Of a stretch of 51,038 bases of DNA, positions 1-12,414 are shown in pieces. The position numbers were made by a program, and so were the translations under genes. Under the pieces are notes generated by a model. The model saw only the letters and a program-made list of their open reading frames with translations. It ran no database searches and was not told where the DNA came from. Every line of letters starts with the position of its first letter. Positions within the stretch are counted from its first letter, which is position 1. This stretch comes from Moniliella sp. 'wahieum'. Its lineage: Eukaryota. Where the stretch lies: assembly GCA_003971905.1 (NCBI GenBank), contig RSEE01000154.1:62001-113038 (forward strand), written 5' to 3'.

Positions 1-2575
1 ACCCAACCGAATCCAGGGGAGAGGGGGGGGAGTAAGGGGAGGTAGTAACATACGAGAGCCAGTAGTTGCGCTGACGCGGACGGTTGAAGCAGAATGAGAA
101 CACCAGGCCAAAGAAGATCCAGGAAGTGTAACTAATCGAGTTATTGGTCGTCCAGTTGGAAATACATCCAAAGATCACAGGCACAACGATCCAGGCTGGT
201 TGGAAGCGGTAATAGATCATTGGGCTCCAACGCGATAGGGCATAGATAGGGAGAGGCAGCAAAACACCAATCAGGAACCCATACAAAGTCCAAGAGTAGA
301 GTCGCAAAAGCCATCGTAAGGACCCCCCCGCCCCAGTACAAAATGTCGTTCTCGTATCCAAATAAATCGGATACAACTTCGTTGTTGGACAAGTCGATTG
401 ATCTATCTTGCTTGGTAAGGGTGTCTTGCATCGTCCAGAACCCAGCATGAGCCAGACCACAGACAAGCTGCACGCCAACTTGCGTAAGAAAGTTGACCCG
501 AGGAGGAATCTTGAAGTAGTGGCACAGCTTGGAGCCACCGGCAAGAGCGCCGCTTGCTGGACGACATTGTTGCTGAACAGGCTGAACAAGACGAGGCTGG
601 AGGTATTGTGCTTAAACATGAGGCCTGCAAGGAGGCATGAAAAATGCCGAAGGGAAATTTGGATCCCTGTGATGCCCTGGACCAGGCAGATCGGAACAAT
701 AACACCACACCCACCAGAAGTGCGACAAGCAGGCCCATACCGGCAGCCCAGTCCGGTACACATGAATCACAGGGATGCAACAGGCGACGCATAGAATAAA
801 CAGTACAAGGTTCCACCAAGCGGGTACCTGCTTATAGTTGGTGAGGATGGCACGGGTGTGGGGATCGTACGCGTTAGCTGGTTTACGTCGTACCCAGTGG
901 ATGATATCTTTCCCATGGAAGAGTCCAACATGCACCAACACCGACGCCACCGCAATAAAGGAAAAGAAAATAGCCACAACAGACATGGCAGTCAGGTATG
1001 GGAGCGAGTGACGGTTGTACTCATCGGATGAAAACCAACATGTTCCTCGAGGGTACGGTCACCCACATGGATGCTCGGGTACTGGTACGGAACCGCTTTG
1101 GTATCTTCCTCGTACGGATAGGAATAGGAAAATGGAATGTTACCCATGTGCTGGGTGTTGGTACACATCAGTACCACGCCCAGCACGCATCCACCCAAAA
1201 TCACCCCACCCAACACGCACACCAGAACGTATCGCGGTACAATCAGGGGCGACACGCCCGCCGTCACGACCTCGTACCAATCGAATGAGAGCATGTGCAG
1301 GCCCAGCCCACCGTCGCCACCAAACATGAGGTTGACAGGGAACGAATGGGGTGCAATCCAAGCTAAGAAACTGAATGTCTGAAACGGTATGAAAAACAAT
1401 CGTGGTACCAATTCCCATACGGAGATGAGTCCCAGCGCACCCCAGAACACGTATCGTATAGGCCAGTGGGTGACCCGGATGCCATGCAAAGCGGTCAGTA
1501 CAGCTGCTGTCTCCAGCTGCACTGGCCAAACCATTGGCTCGGGCCAAACAAGTACTTTTTGAGCCAGATGGGAAAGAGGGAAGCCGAGGAGAGGAGCGGT
1601 AATCGAGAGCAGAAAGATAAACCCCTGTTGCCATTGCGTTGCCGCATTATCCATCGCTCCGTCATTGTCGATGGCGACATTGCGTGCCTTCGCCCAGGCT
1701 GTCAGCAACAAAAGTGTCTGGTTGGGACCAGTGGTGATACCAGCAATGACGGTAAGCAGCCTAGAAAAGCCAGGAGGGGGTTAGACAGTTGGTCGACTAG
1801 GAGAGGAATGATCTGGGGAGAGAGTAGGAAGATAAAAAAAGAAAACGTACGCATGTTCCTTACAATTGAAAGGCCCTGGATTGAAAAAACGCTTGTAGGG
1901 CCAATGGTCCGGGTACGGGATCTTGGACATGAGCAGGCCGAATCCATATGCAAAGGGCTGGATAAGCACAGATCCTACCAACATCGAAGCATCACCACTT
2001 GATAAGACAATGTCAAGATTAAAGTACGCGATCGAGAGACCGACGGTGATCATGGATCCAATCAACCAAACCCGTGCCGTATTAATTGGCAACGAGGGAT
2101 CGTCTTCGTTAGGCACAGTGGCACGAACTTCGGGTCGAGAAGAGATACCTTGGATAGTTTCGGTGTCACTCTCATCTCCACTTTCTTCCTCAAGCATAGA
2201 ACTGGTGGTACCATCGCCGCAGGCCGTATCTTTGCTTCGGATACTGTCCTTGCCCAAATCCCCATCGTAACCACTGGCGCTGACAGGGGTCAACTCCAAG
2301 AGCGATCGGTTATCAGGATCGGAGAGATCCTCGTTCGGATGGTTTAACAAATAGGCCTGGAAACTGCTCGCGTTGAAGGACCCAGGGTGGATGGAATCCT
2401 GGCCCTTGGAGGGAGGGTGAGCATCGTCAATCGGAGAAGGAACATCAGTGCTTCCCGTCAAGGGTGCTAGATCCGGGTCATCTGCATCAGGCAGACCCGA
2501 CGATGGCTTCCATCTGTTGGACAGCGACGATAATGAGCGCGTGGCCCCTGCGGCGGCCTTCTTGCCGCTCCACAT
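1..2575 (-). CDS. OPT-family oligopeptide transporter, copy 1 (3' end runs off the window; introns; frameshifted in this assembly)
   Basis: ATG at 2575 (MWSGKKAA). OPT motifs EVRATVPNEDDPSLPINTARVW, NPGPFNCKEHA, LVWPEPMVWP and DPHTRAILTNYKQVPAWW, plus KLCHYFKIPPR read across frames. GT intron donors follow KEHA (~1851) and NYWLS (~54). Confidence 0.93.
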
Positions 2576-3539
2576 CTCGGGGAGGGGAGGGGTTCTTTTG
2601 TGTCGGAGGAGGGTGATGCACGAGAGACGGAGGCACAAATGAGCTGGGAAGAATGGTGGACACTCCGTGGGGAAGATGGTGTGGAGGGGTTAAGGAAAAG
2701 GCGAGAGGGGAAGTGAGCGTGAGCTCACTAGTAGTTGTGAGCTCCTCCTCACCCTCCACAAGGCTTTTCCTTTTCCGTGTGACCTCCTCTTTTCGTCTAT
2801 TCTAACGCCATGTATGCCATGCTTAGCGCGAGGTACTTTGCGCTCTACCCTATAAGGTGGTGCTGGACTCGCTCTGCCGAGAAAGCGAGCAGCGCTGTAC
2901 GTGATTAATTCAGGCTTGGTTCTCAATTATCCATTCTCAATGCGAACATCCTCCGCCTCGCATCATGCATCATGCATCTAGTCTCTCTGAAAAGGCCTGC
3001 ACCGAGTCATACACTGTCACATGTCACGTGGCATCCCAATACGCCCGTAGGCAAGAGCACCATAGCGCCCGCACGTAGAGATGGAGCCCAACGTTGAGCA
3101 CGGCGAGCGGGGGTAGGGGGGCTTAGCGCTTATTCGCGTTCGTGTCGGGCGGACTGGGTGCCAGGGCTTTTTTGTGCTTCCCCGGACAAAGTCTGGGACT
3201 GCAGAAGGGAAGAGAGAGGGTTGGGTATGTTGGGCGCTGGGCGCTGGGGCCAACGCCCAGTGCCACAAACCAGGCATTGCTTTGATGCCGATGGATGATA
3301 CATAGTACCGCTGTACAACCCCTGCAACGCGATGGCGCGATGACGGATTGACGGATTACCGGTTACCGTTTTATGGGTTTAACGCTTATCCTGGTGGTTA
3401 ATACGCGCCGGTTACCCAGTTACGCGGTTACGGAAGAGGGTGGCTTGAACTTTTGGTTCAACACTTTGCAAAGCGAGAGCGATCTCTGACAGTTAGACTT
3501 TGTTCCCACACCTATAACGCGTAACGCAGGACAGGGATA

Positions 3540-3576
3540 AGATCTAAGATCTAAGATCCAAGATCTAAGATCTAAG
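3540..3576. repeat. Heptamer tandem repeat (AGATCTA) x~5
   Basis: agatctaagatctaagatccaagatctaagatctaag read directly. Confidence 0.9.
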
Positions 3577-3966
3577 AGGAGAGCTTTGCCTCCATACGCC
3601 ATTGGCGAAGGAAGAAGGGCGGTGTCAGCGCCATCATGCATGCAGCTGATCACGCATCACGCATCGCGCTGTTCTATCCGACTCTCCCCTATGTTCTGCC
3701 CCTATGGGCTCCTCTCTTGGAATAGATCCATCACCTCCCTCTCTCTTCTTCTCTCCGTAGGCCTTTGTCCTCGTTTTAACAGGCGGCAAGACCGGTGAGA
3801 TGGATGATCTCATCCAAAGAGGTGTTGTCGCGCCGTGGGTACAGAGCACCCTATATTCGACGCGCGGTTATTAAGCTGCGAGGCGGATCTGATGCGTGAC
3901 GGTAGCAATGAGCGGTAAGCGGTAACCGGTAACCAGTAACTATTGAGCCTCAACCAACGCTGAGCT

Positions 3967-4433
3967 GGGTGGCTCGTGCTTTGGCCAATGTCCCTTCAGT
4001 TCCTCCTCAGGCGTAGGAGTTGCGCTGTTTTTCCTTCCCTGTTTTTCTCCTTGTTCTGCAGCTTAGCCCCTGAGGCCTGATGGCGACTCGCTGCTTGATG
4101 TTCCTCTGTAGGCATTGATGGTTGCCACACCTGTTGACCGGAAGGTCCGAGGGCCAATCACCCCTAAGCCACATTGACCTGGTCCCTTCTCACACATCAA
4201 ACGCGCTGAACGCGCATTCGATCGGACTCGCTCGGGCCTCAGACTGGTCTAGCGCCCGAGCCGTTTCTTCTCCTTCTTCTTCTTCTTCTCCTTTTCTTCC
4301 TGTCCTGGGCCTAGTCCCGCATCCTGTCTTTGAACCATCACCTTCAGCCTCTGTTGTCCATCAGATTTGCTGGGAGACGTAGGCCAATAACACCACCACC
4401 ACCTGTGCGATTGCATCACCCTCGAGGACCATC
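3967..4433 (+). repeat. Partial, interrupted third copy of the ~1.14-kb dispersed repeat
   Basis: 3967-4123 matches ~28975-29125 (gggtggctcgtgctttggccaatg...ggcgactcgctgcttg). 4391-4433 matches ~29137-29174 (caccaccac...gtgcgattgcatcaccctc). About 270 bp of unrelated sequence lies between the two blocks. Confidence 0.8.
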
Positions 4434-4715
4434 ATGCATCACATGTAGCAGGACTCCAGGTCTCAGATCTCATCAGTAACTAGTAACCGGAAGCGTGTAA
4501 CGAGGTTGTGAGCAGCGCGAAGAGTGTGTGGCGGTGGCAAAGAGACAGCCGATTTGTAGCACAGAGAGAGTAGCGGAGAAGGAAAGGGCATACGGCGCGC
4601 GCCCTTCGGACGAGGAGCGGGCGCTGAGTACTGAGTGCCCCCGTGCGGGTGCGGGTACTGCACCGGCTACTTAGAGAGACGAGCGATCATCCCTTCTACG
4701 TCACATGCCACACCA

Positions 4716-4790
4716 GTGTCGCAAGGTTGCGTACGCACCAGCTTGGACAGTATAGTATTAACGTGCCCTGAAACCTTCGGGGTTCAGAGG
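4716..4790. repeat. Diverged relic of a gypsy LTR related to the 35876-42734 element
   Basis: gtgtcgcaaggttgcgtacgcaccagcttgg...aacgtgccctgaaaccttcggg aligns by eye with LTR 36032-36100 (gtgtggcaaggctgcgtctgcaccggcttgg...aacgtgtctgaagcctccggg). Confidence 0.65.
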
Positions 4791-4842
4791 CTCAGGCGCA
4801 ACCTGAACGTCCTGAACCCTGGACACCTGAGGGACACAGAGA

Positions 4843-4872
4843 GTTACTAGTTACTAGTTACTAGTTACTAGT
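4843..4872. repeat. Heptamer tandem repeat (GTTACTA) x4
   Basis: gttactagttactagttactagttactagt read directly. Confidence 0.9.
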
Positions 4873-5069
4873 GACATGTGGCAGCGGAAGACAAACACTG
4901 CCAGAGCTGGGACCGAAGTGGGAGCTTGAGAGGGAGCGTGGCTCGCGAGGGGGGACGCGACTTGTTTGTGAAGAGCTGAGAGAAAAAGGATGGATAGCGA
5001 GGACGCGGCTAATTAAAGAAGAGACACTGGGGTTGTATGTACGGGATGAGTTAGCGACGATTCCGAGGT

Positions 5070-5111
5070 CGTTCCCCCTGTTCCAGCCTTAAGCGCTGCC
5101 AATGATATGGA
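5070..5111 (+). mobile_element. Very short 3'-terminal fragment of the CRE-like non-LTR element
   Basis: cgttccccctgttccagccttaagcgctgccaatgatatgga matches the shared 3' end at 5806-5849, 13881-13922 and (reverse) 31305-31345. Confidence 0.6.
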
Positions 5112-5239
5112 TTCTAGTGGTGCATGTCGCCAAAAAGGACCATAGGGCAAGCCCACGAGACCCATTGCTTATCCTGACAGGGTCCCAAAGGGAAATAACG
5201 CGTTAACGTACAATAGACGAGGAGGCCCCGGGCCTACGG

Positions 5240-5850
5240 TCCAGCCTCCGCCCAGCCACACTTGGCTCTCCTCCATTCCATCTGCCTCGTACCTCCGGCT
5301 CACCGACAAGCACTGCATTGAGGTTGGTCTCCAGCTCCGCACGCTGTGCCGCTCCTCGCGCAGCATGTGCAAGTGCGGCGTCAAGGCGCAGAGCGCGTAC
5401 CGGAGAGTGGCGCATGAGAGCACTGCGTCGCCTTTGGAACGCCGGGAGAAGGAGCTGCTTCGGCTGCTGGAACAAGCAGAATGCGACAAAAACGCCAAGT
5501 ACCAGGGACGCACGCAAGAGCCGTTTTCACCCCTGGTTTTGATGACGCGAGGATACTACGGCACCAAGACAGCGGGCAAGATGTTTGCGCGCTGGAAGGA
5601 TTTGGCTACTGAGTCTCAATGGAAATGGTTCCTCGCTCGGATGTCTACCACGTTCATCCGTGTCCACACGCGCTACCTAGGGTACGGGACCGGATGGCGA
5701 GCACCTGAGGGTCCTGATATCCTCAGTGGCGATCCCCCTGGTTCCTTAACATTGGTAGCGCTACCAAGTAACTCCCGCAAGATGAACGGTTCGGTTTAGA
5801 CACAGCGTTTCCCTGGCCCAGCCTTAAGCTCTGTCAATGATAGTATGGAT
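5240..5850 (+). mobile_element. 5'-truncated, internally deleted RLE-type (CRE/Cnl1-like) non-LTR retrotransposon fragment
   Basis: Translates to TWLSSIPSASYLRLTD...GLQLRTL...MCKCG, which resembles the region before the zinc finger. This is joined to LEQAECDKNAKY...PFSPLVLMTRG...FARW, which resembles the RLE C-terminal K..KY/F.P.v...G pattern, followed by the conserved 3' end. Family assignment is from recalled motifs, not a search. Confidence 0.65.
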
Positions 5851-6951
5851 GCAGTATAGAGACGAAGGATTCCGGGGGCAGGGGAGATCAAGGGGGATGG
5901 TTGCCGCTATAGGGCAACCTACTTAAGACAAATAAAGGCAAAAGGGCAGGGGGACCCAACGAAAGACACTCCTATAATAAACCGTGGGTCGGGCTCCCAG
6001 TTCGGGCTCGCCCATGATGCATGACACCCCTCCATGCCATTTGTTGTCGGGCCGAGAACCCCCTGACAGTGGCCTGGGGTTCTAGGGCTGTGCCTACGTG
6101 CAGTGGAGTTTGCGGATAGGCGGAAGGTTTTTGGAATACAAACAAGACGGACACTCGCTTTTCTTGGCTCCCTTCCTTCACCTTTTCGTCTTATTGCTCT
6201 AGACTCCTCCGGTCTTCTCTTCGTCCTTTTGTCAACGACGAACCCTTACGGCTTCACTCCTCTTGTCCGCTCCCTTCATTTCCTTCTTCGTTGCCTGAGT
6301 CTTCGGGGCTCTGTGGGGTTTAGGCCCCTTACAAAGAAGTCCCAGCGTGAGCAGCACCGCCGGCAGCGTGATCTCCAACTGTGCCATCCGACCTGGCCCC
6401 TCACGTCCAAACCCACTAATCGCCTCTTTGTCCTTGTACACACATAGACATGCAGACGAACGGAGGGCCTGTTCTGTGATGCCAAGAATCCAAGTCCCAA
6501 TTCTACTTTTCCACCTTGTGATCTCAAACAAAAGGGGTGAAAAATGGGATACATACGATCATAAAACCTCCAGCTTCCGCACTGGCTCGTTCGGTCCAGT
6601 GGGAGAAAGTTGATCTGTAACAGAACTCTAGGATTTTGAGGGACGTTTTTGTCCTACCGTTGTGCCCGTGAGAACAACGGATACAAAAAGATAAAACGCA
6701 AAAGAAATGGACAGCAATGAACACGTGTATCCTCACATGCGCAGCCGTGCATAACAAAGGGTTGGAAACGGGAGAAGAACCGCCAGCGCTCAAAAGAGAA
6801 GAAATGTTGGTGAATCATATCCGAAACAGATGGATGCCGTACCCGAAAGATTCATATACGCATATACTGAGGCAGAGGTGAGAGATGGTATGGCGTCACC
6901 CACCTTGTCAAACTCCCTCCAATCACATGCGGGGGGCGCTGTCGTTGGTGC

Positions 6952-9804
6952 TCAGTGGTACACACCCCCAGAACTTGTTGTGTGGTATTCGACACTCACA
7001 CACACGTCCGTCCCGTTGGGTGTCGGGGCAAAAGGGGTTTTATTTGCAGTTATTGAGATCGCGGCCGTTCTATTGACGTAGATCAGCGCCCGCGAAGCTT
7101 GTAGTGTATTCATGTTCCATGTTGATTCAACCGAGCTGAATCCGAATCGGGCATAGGTTCCTGGAAGATGCCCATAACGATCATGCAAGTGATAGACGAG
7201 CCAATCGAGAGCGCACCAGAGAGAGTATACTTCATCCTGTTTCATACGCAAGGAGAGACCCAGGGGGTTAGTATGAAATGAAACGAGTATAACCGAGACG
7301 GGTGGGAGGGAAACGTACGAAAGCCAGTAGTTGCGTTGGTGGGAACGATTGAAACAGTAAGAAAACAGCAGACCAAAGAAGATCCAGGAAGTGTAGCTGA
7401 TTGCATTGTTAGAGGTCCAGTTGGAGATACATGCAAAAATCACAGGCACAACGTTCCAGGCTGGTTTGCAGCGGTAGATCATCGGGCGCCAACGGGATAG
7501 GGCATAAACTGGGAGGGGCAACAAGGCACCAATCAAGAACCCATACAAGGTCCAAGAGTAGAGTTTCAAGAAGCCAACATAAGGCCCCACTCCACCCCAG
7601 TATAGCACATCGTTCCAGTAACCAGCCGAATTAGAAGCAGCTGTGTTCGATGTCATCTCCGTAATGTCGGATTTCTTACAAAGTTGCCTTGTTGGATCCA
7701 GAGCCCAGCATGAACTAAACCACAAGCAATTTGCACACCGACTTGGGTAAGAAAGTTGACACGCGGAGGAATCTTGAAGTAATGGCACAACTTGGATCCG
7801 CCAGCAAAGAGCGCCGCTGCTGGACCACATTGTTGCTGAACAGGCTGAACAAGACGAGGCTGGTGTGTTGTGCTCAAACATGAGTCCGGCAAGGAGGCAT
7901 GAAAAGTGACGAAGAGAGACTTGAACTCCAGTGATACCCTGGACCAAGCAGATGGGAACAGCAAAAACCGAGGCCACAAGAAGTGCGACGAGTAAACCCC
8001 ATACGGGGAACTAGTGTGGTACGCATGAATCGCTGGGATGCAAAATGCGACGCACAGACTTAATACCAAAGATTCCACCAAGCGGTACCTGCTTATAGTT
8101 GGTGAGGATGCGCGGGTGTGAGGATCGTCCGCGCTAGGTGGCTTACGCCGTAACCAGTGGTGGATATCTTTCCCATGGAAGAGCCAACATGCACCAGCAC
8201 AGATGACACCGCAATGAAGGAAAAAAGATGGCGACCACACCTGGCAGTCAAGTATGGGAATGAGTAGTTGTTGTACTCACCAGATGAAAACCGTAATGGT
8301 TCCAGCGAACGGTTATCCGCATGGAGGCCCAGATACGTGTATGATTCCACTGTGAAGTCATACGGATACGGATCCGAAAAGGGAATATTGCCGTGTGCTG
8401 GGTGTTGGTACACATGAGAGCCACCCCAAGCACGCATCCTCCAAAAGACCCCGACCAAACGCACAACAACGCATTCCGCGGGACGATCAAGGGCGACACC
8501 CCCATAGCCGTGACAACCTCGTACCAATCTGGGGTGAGCATGTGCAGTCCCAGCCACCGTTACCGCCAAAGATGATGTTGATCGCAACGAACTGGGAGCA
8601 ATCCAAGGCAAAGCTGAATGTCTGTAATGGAGTGAAAAGCAACCGTGGTACCACTTCCCATGCGGCGATGAGCACCAGTACAACCCAGAACACGGAGCGC
8701 ATGGCCAATTGGCGATCCGGATCCCGTGCAGTGTGGTCAGCACCGCTGATGTCTCCAGCTGTACGGGCCATACGACCGGCTCCGGCCACACAAGCACTTT
8801 TTGGGCCAGAATGGCAAGAGGGAAGCCGATGAGGGGGGCTGCTATGGAGAGAAGAAAGATAAACCCATTTCGCCAATGTACCATCGCTTCGTTGTCATTT
8901 CCATCGTTAAAGGAGGCTGTCCAGCGTGTGTTTATGATGGCTTTAAGCATCAGCAGAGTCTGATTGGGGCCAGTGGCGATGCCAGCAATTACGGTGAGGA
9001 TCCTGGAATAGATATGATGGGTTAGACCAACTAAGTATACATAGCAGAGGAATGAGATGGCGAGAGCAAGATCAAACGTACGCATGTTCCTTGCAGTTGA
9101 AGGGCCCGGGATTGAAGAAGCGCTTGTAAGGCCAGTGGTGGGTAGGGAATCTTGGACATGAGCAGACCTAACCCATAAGCAAAAGGCTGAATAAAGACGG
9201 ACCCTACTAGCATTGAGGCATCGCCTCTAGGGAAGACAACGTCTAGCTCAAAGTACAAGATCGATATTCCGGCTGTAATCAATGACCCAAGAAACCAAAC
9301 CCTCACCGTATTGATTGGCAATGAGGATCATCTTGAGTGGGCACTGTGGCGCGAACTTCAGGGAGATAAGAGATGGCTTGGTCAAGGCCCATCGGTATCG
9401 TCCCCCGTTTCTTGATCGGTCATCGAAGCGGCGGCAGCATGGCTCAGAATGACGTCTTTGTTCTGGATACTGCCTGTGTCCATATCCGCAGAGTAATCAG
9501 GTATGCGATGCATCATCCCCAGGAGCGATCTGTAATCCGGATCTGTCGCATTATCGTCGTGCTGTTGTGTAGATAAATACAATGCCTGAAAGTTGCCTGT
9601 GTTGAAAGATCCGGGACGGGTGGAATCCTGGCGGGTAGATGGGGGTGTGTCGTCAGTGGGGGGGCGACGAGCACCAGTGGTTCCGGTCATGGGCTCTCCA
9701 TCCAGGTTTTCGGCACCGGTGAGACTCGGCGACGGTGGGTTTGACGACATGGACAACGACGATAATGATCTGGTGTCCTCGGCGGCGGCATTGGCGCTCC
9801 ACAT
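6952..9804 (-). CDS. OPT-family oligopeptide transporter, copy 2 (introns; many frameshifts)
   Basis: ATG 9804 (MWSANAAA). Motifs PINTVRVWFLG, NPGPFNCKEHA (across frames), LVWPEPVVWPVQLET, KLCHYFKIPPR and NWTSNNAISYTSW. Collinear with copies 1 and 4. Confidence 0.92.
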
Positions 9805-10125
9805 GTTGGGCAGAGTGGGCGGCTTGAGGACGATGAACGAGAAGTGGAGACGCGGACAAGCTGGGCAATTGTTGGTGCCGTGGGGCAGAAGTGGTGGCGG
9901 GAGAGAGGAGGAGGAGGGTGTCGGGTGAGCTGTTCTCTATTACAGACAAATCTTGCTTCTGCGTTAGTTTGATCGCCCTTCTATATTTCGTGAAGTGCCC
10001 CTGATAGGGTGTCGCAAGTCCGGCGCCTCCATTCGGACAGGCTTATTCGTCTAATAAGAAGCCGCTGAGGATGGCTTCTAGAAGCGAAAATCGACCCCTG
10101 GCGGGCTGCGGCTTTCGTATGATAT

Positions 10126-10218
10126 GTGTGGCAAGGCTGCGTAGAACCGGCTTGGGCGGCAGTAGCGTGTCTGAAGCGTTCGAACTCAGGGACGGGGAGT
10201 GGCAGCGGAGGACCCACT
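10126..10218. repeat. Diverged relic of a gypsy LTR related to the 35876-42734 element
   Basis: gtgtggcaaggctgcgtagaaccggcttgggcggcagtagcgtgtctgaagc...agggacggggagtggcagcgg aligns with LTR 36032-36128. Confidence 0.75.
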
Positions 10219-10237
10219 TCCGGACTGGAGCTGGACT

Positions 10238-11381
10238 GAAAGCACAAACCACAAGGGTAGAAGGCGAAGGCAGACATCTCCTCCACTATTACTATAGATT
10301 GCATGCTGGCTACTAATATATCAACGCCGCTGACGTTTCAGTGCTAGACAATATACCCAACAGAGAGAGTCTTGTCTTCGTCGCTGGTGGTTCATACACC
10401 TGCTTCACAGTTGATGCGGCATTCCTATTCAGACTCTTCATCTTCGTTAGTAGCGTCCAAAACAGATGCGTGGGACGGGCGAGTGGTCCGCGTAATGGGC
10501 CTATGCCGTCTCGCGCCCTCCCAGCGGTATGCTGAAGGAGCAGCACCCACAGCAGCCTGGCGGCGTTGAGCTATCACTTGGGCCAGTGTGCCGGCTTCGC
10601 TGTGCTCTGTGCTCGCTTGTCCAGGCGCAAATTGAGGTTACTCTGGCCCTTTGGAGGGCTTTTCAATGCGTACTCCACCAGGACATGGTTGAGATGCGCA
10701 ACATGCCGAATAGTACCGATTCAAACCAAGATTTGGTTGGTGCCGATGGCTTTTGAAGGTAACATATCCTGTCAGGCAATGCATGCGCGGTTAGCCTCGA
10801 GCAACCATTGAATCGCCAAATGTTTTGCGGAGGGAGCGTACCAGGCGTTCTTTTGATTCTGATATCAGCCAAGCATTGAGCGACCAGATTCGGCGCACCT
10901 GGGGGGCGAAGGAATTGCACCCTCTTGTTTCCTTGCCATTGAGGGAAGGTTCTGGCGATATCGCATGCGGCTGGCAGATCTTGTTTCTTGGGAGATGGTG
11001 ATGGTGTCGCTGTAGGAGAGTTCAGCTAGGTGAACGGGTGTCTCTGTCCGGAAGTGGGCTTGAACTGATGAGACCTGGAGTGTGGATGGTCTTTGAGGGT
11101 GATGCAATCTCACTGGTGGTGGTGGTGGTCTAAGCCAACCAGCAACACCTTCAAAGGAACAGCAAGCAGCGAGTCGCCACCAGGGGCTAAGCTGCGGAAC
11201 AAGGAAAAACAGGAGAGAGAAAAACAACAGAACTCCAGGCCCGAGGAGGAACTGAAGGGACACATTGGCCAAATCACGAGCCACCCGATGGCTCAACATG
11301 AACTGTCTGTCCGTTTACCTATTTCTCCCCATGGCCAGGCATATGCGGGTCTTATTTGCAGGGCTGGGCGCTCGCTGAGCG
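10238..11381 (-). repeat. Unclassified ~1.14-kb dispersed repeat, copy A (inverted relative to 28878-30019)
   Basis: End-to-end reverse-complement similarity to 28878-30019. The ORF-track translations match on opposite strands (e.g. LSHRVARxLANVSLQFLLGPG, GRARDGxGPLRGPLARPTHLFW). Confidence 0.92.
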
Positions 11382-11607
11382 TGGGACTGGGGGTGAGCGC
11401 TGAGCTGGGCTTCGGCGCAGCACTTGTGAGGAACGTGCGAACTGGGTTGTCTGAGGTACGGAGACCTGAATATTGGGGCGCGAGGAGCACCCACGAGGAG
11501 TTGCCTGTACTGGGCTGATCAATTGGCGAAAAGAGGCAGGGATCGACAGAAGATATCCGTTCCAGTGGTGGGTACAAATAGGGATGTTAATAGCGGCACA
11601 ACAATAA

Positions 11608-11721
11608 GACGGTTTGTCCGAGTGGTTAAGGAGACTGACTTGAACTTCCCAGTTCAACGCCTTCTGAAGGCGAGCGATCAGTTGGGCTCTGCCCGCATAG
11701 GTTCAAATCCTGTAGCCGTCG
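11608..11721 (+). tRNA. tRNA-Ser(UGA) with a 32-nt intron (11645-11676)
   Basis: Acceptor stem GACGGTT/AGCCGTC; D-loop AGTGGTTAAG; anticodon stem ACTGA/TCAGT with TGA at 11641-11643; intron after position 37; long variable arm GGGC-TCT-GCCC; T-loop GGTTCAAATCC; downstream T-runs. Confidence 0.95.
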
Positions 11722-12414
11722 AACTTTTTCTGTCTTTTTTTTGTATTGGCACAGCACATGGCATTAGTATGGGCAACGTTCAAAGCCCCCCAGTGCTGCT
11801 TGGTCCCCTGCTGTTCCGCCCATGCAGATCCCCGCAGTACCATCTGCCAACCGACATGTGGACTCTTGCCTCAGTTGGACTCGGTGGATGCGGCGTATGG
11901 ATTCTCTTCTTGCAGCTACCCTTTGCCCGTCGCGCTAGCCCGCCCTGCCCTCGGGGACAAAACGTGGTCGATGCCAGCAACGCCAATCCAAGCAAGATGA
12001 GCCAGATGCGAGGAGGCCCCAATCGCAGGCGTCAGAGTGGAAGCAAATCCCCGTGTGCCAGAAGCAACCAGTCCTGCCGGGACGAGATTGACTCAACGCT
12101 CGGCCGTTCCACAGCCTTACACTCCTCTACGCCAGCGCACCCTGCAATCAAGCACAAGCACAACCCCAACCCCAACCCAAACCCAGTTATAGACCAGGGT
12201 AACCTGTCTCGATGGCTGTCCGGCCCCCCGCCCAATACATTGGATGGAGGTATTACCGTCCAGGCCTGTAGACATGGTGTAGCCACCCATGTGTATACCG
12301 TCTGTAGCGCCCTAGCCAGTCCTGACGGTCCTGGAGGCATGATGCACCTCCCTCCCAAGCCCCCCATCATCGACAAGCAGGTAAGAACACAAGTCTGTTT
12401 CATTGCGCATACGC

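Noticed and set aside
4496..4876. Complete solo LTR bounded by TGTAAC...GTGACA
   Set aside because: The flanking 5-mers (aagcg/tgtgg) do not form a TSD; only the internal 75-bp similarity is supportable
5070..5850. The ~40-bp direct repeats at 5070-5111 and 5806-5849 read as a long target-site duplication
   Set aside because: The same sequence ends the copies at 13780-13922 and 31305-31738, so it is better explained as the element's own 3' terminus
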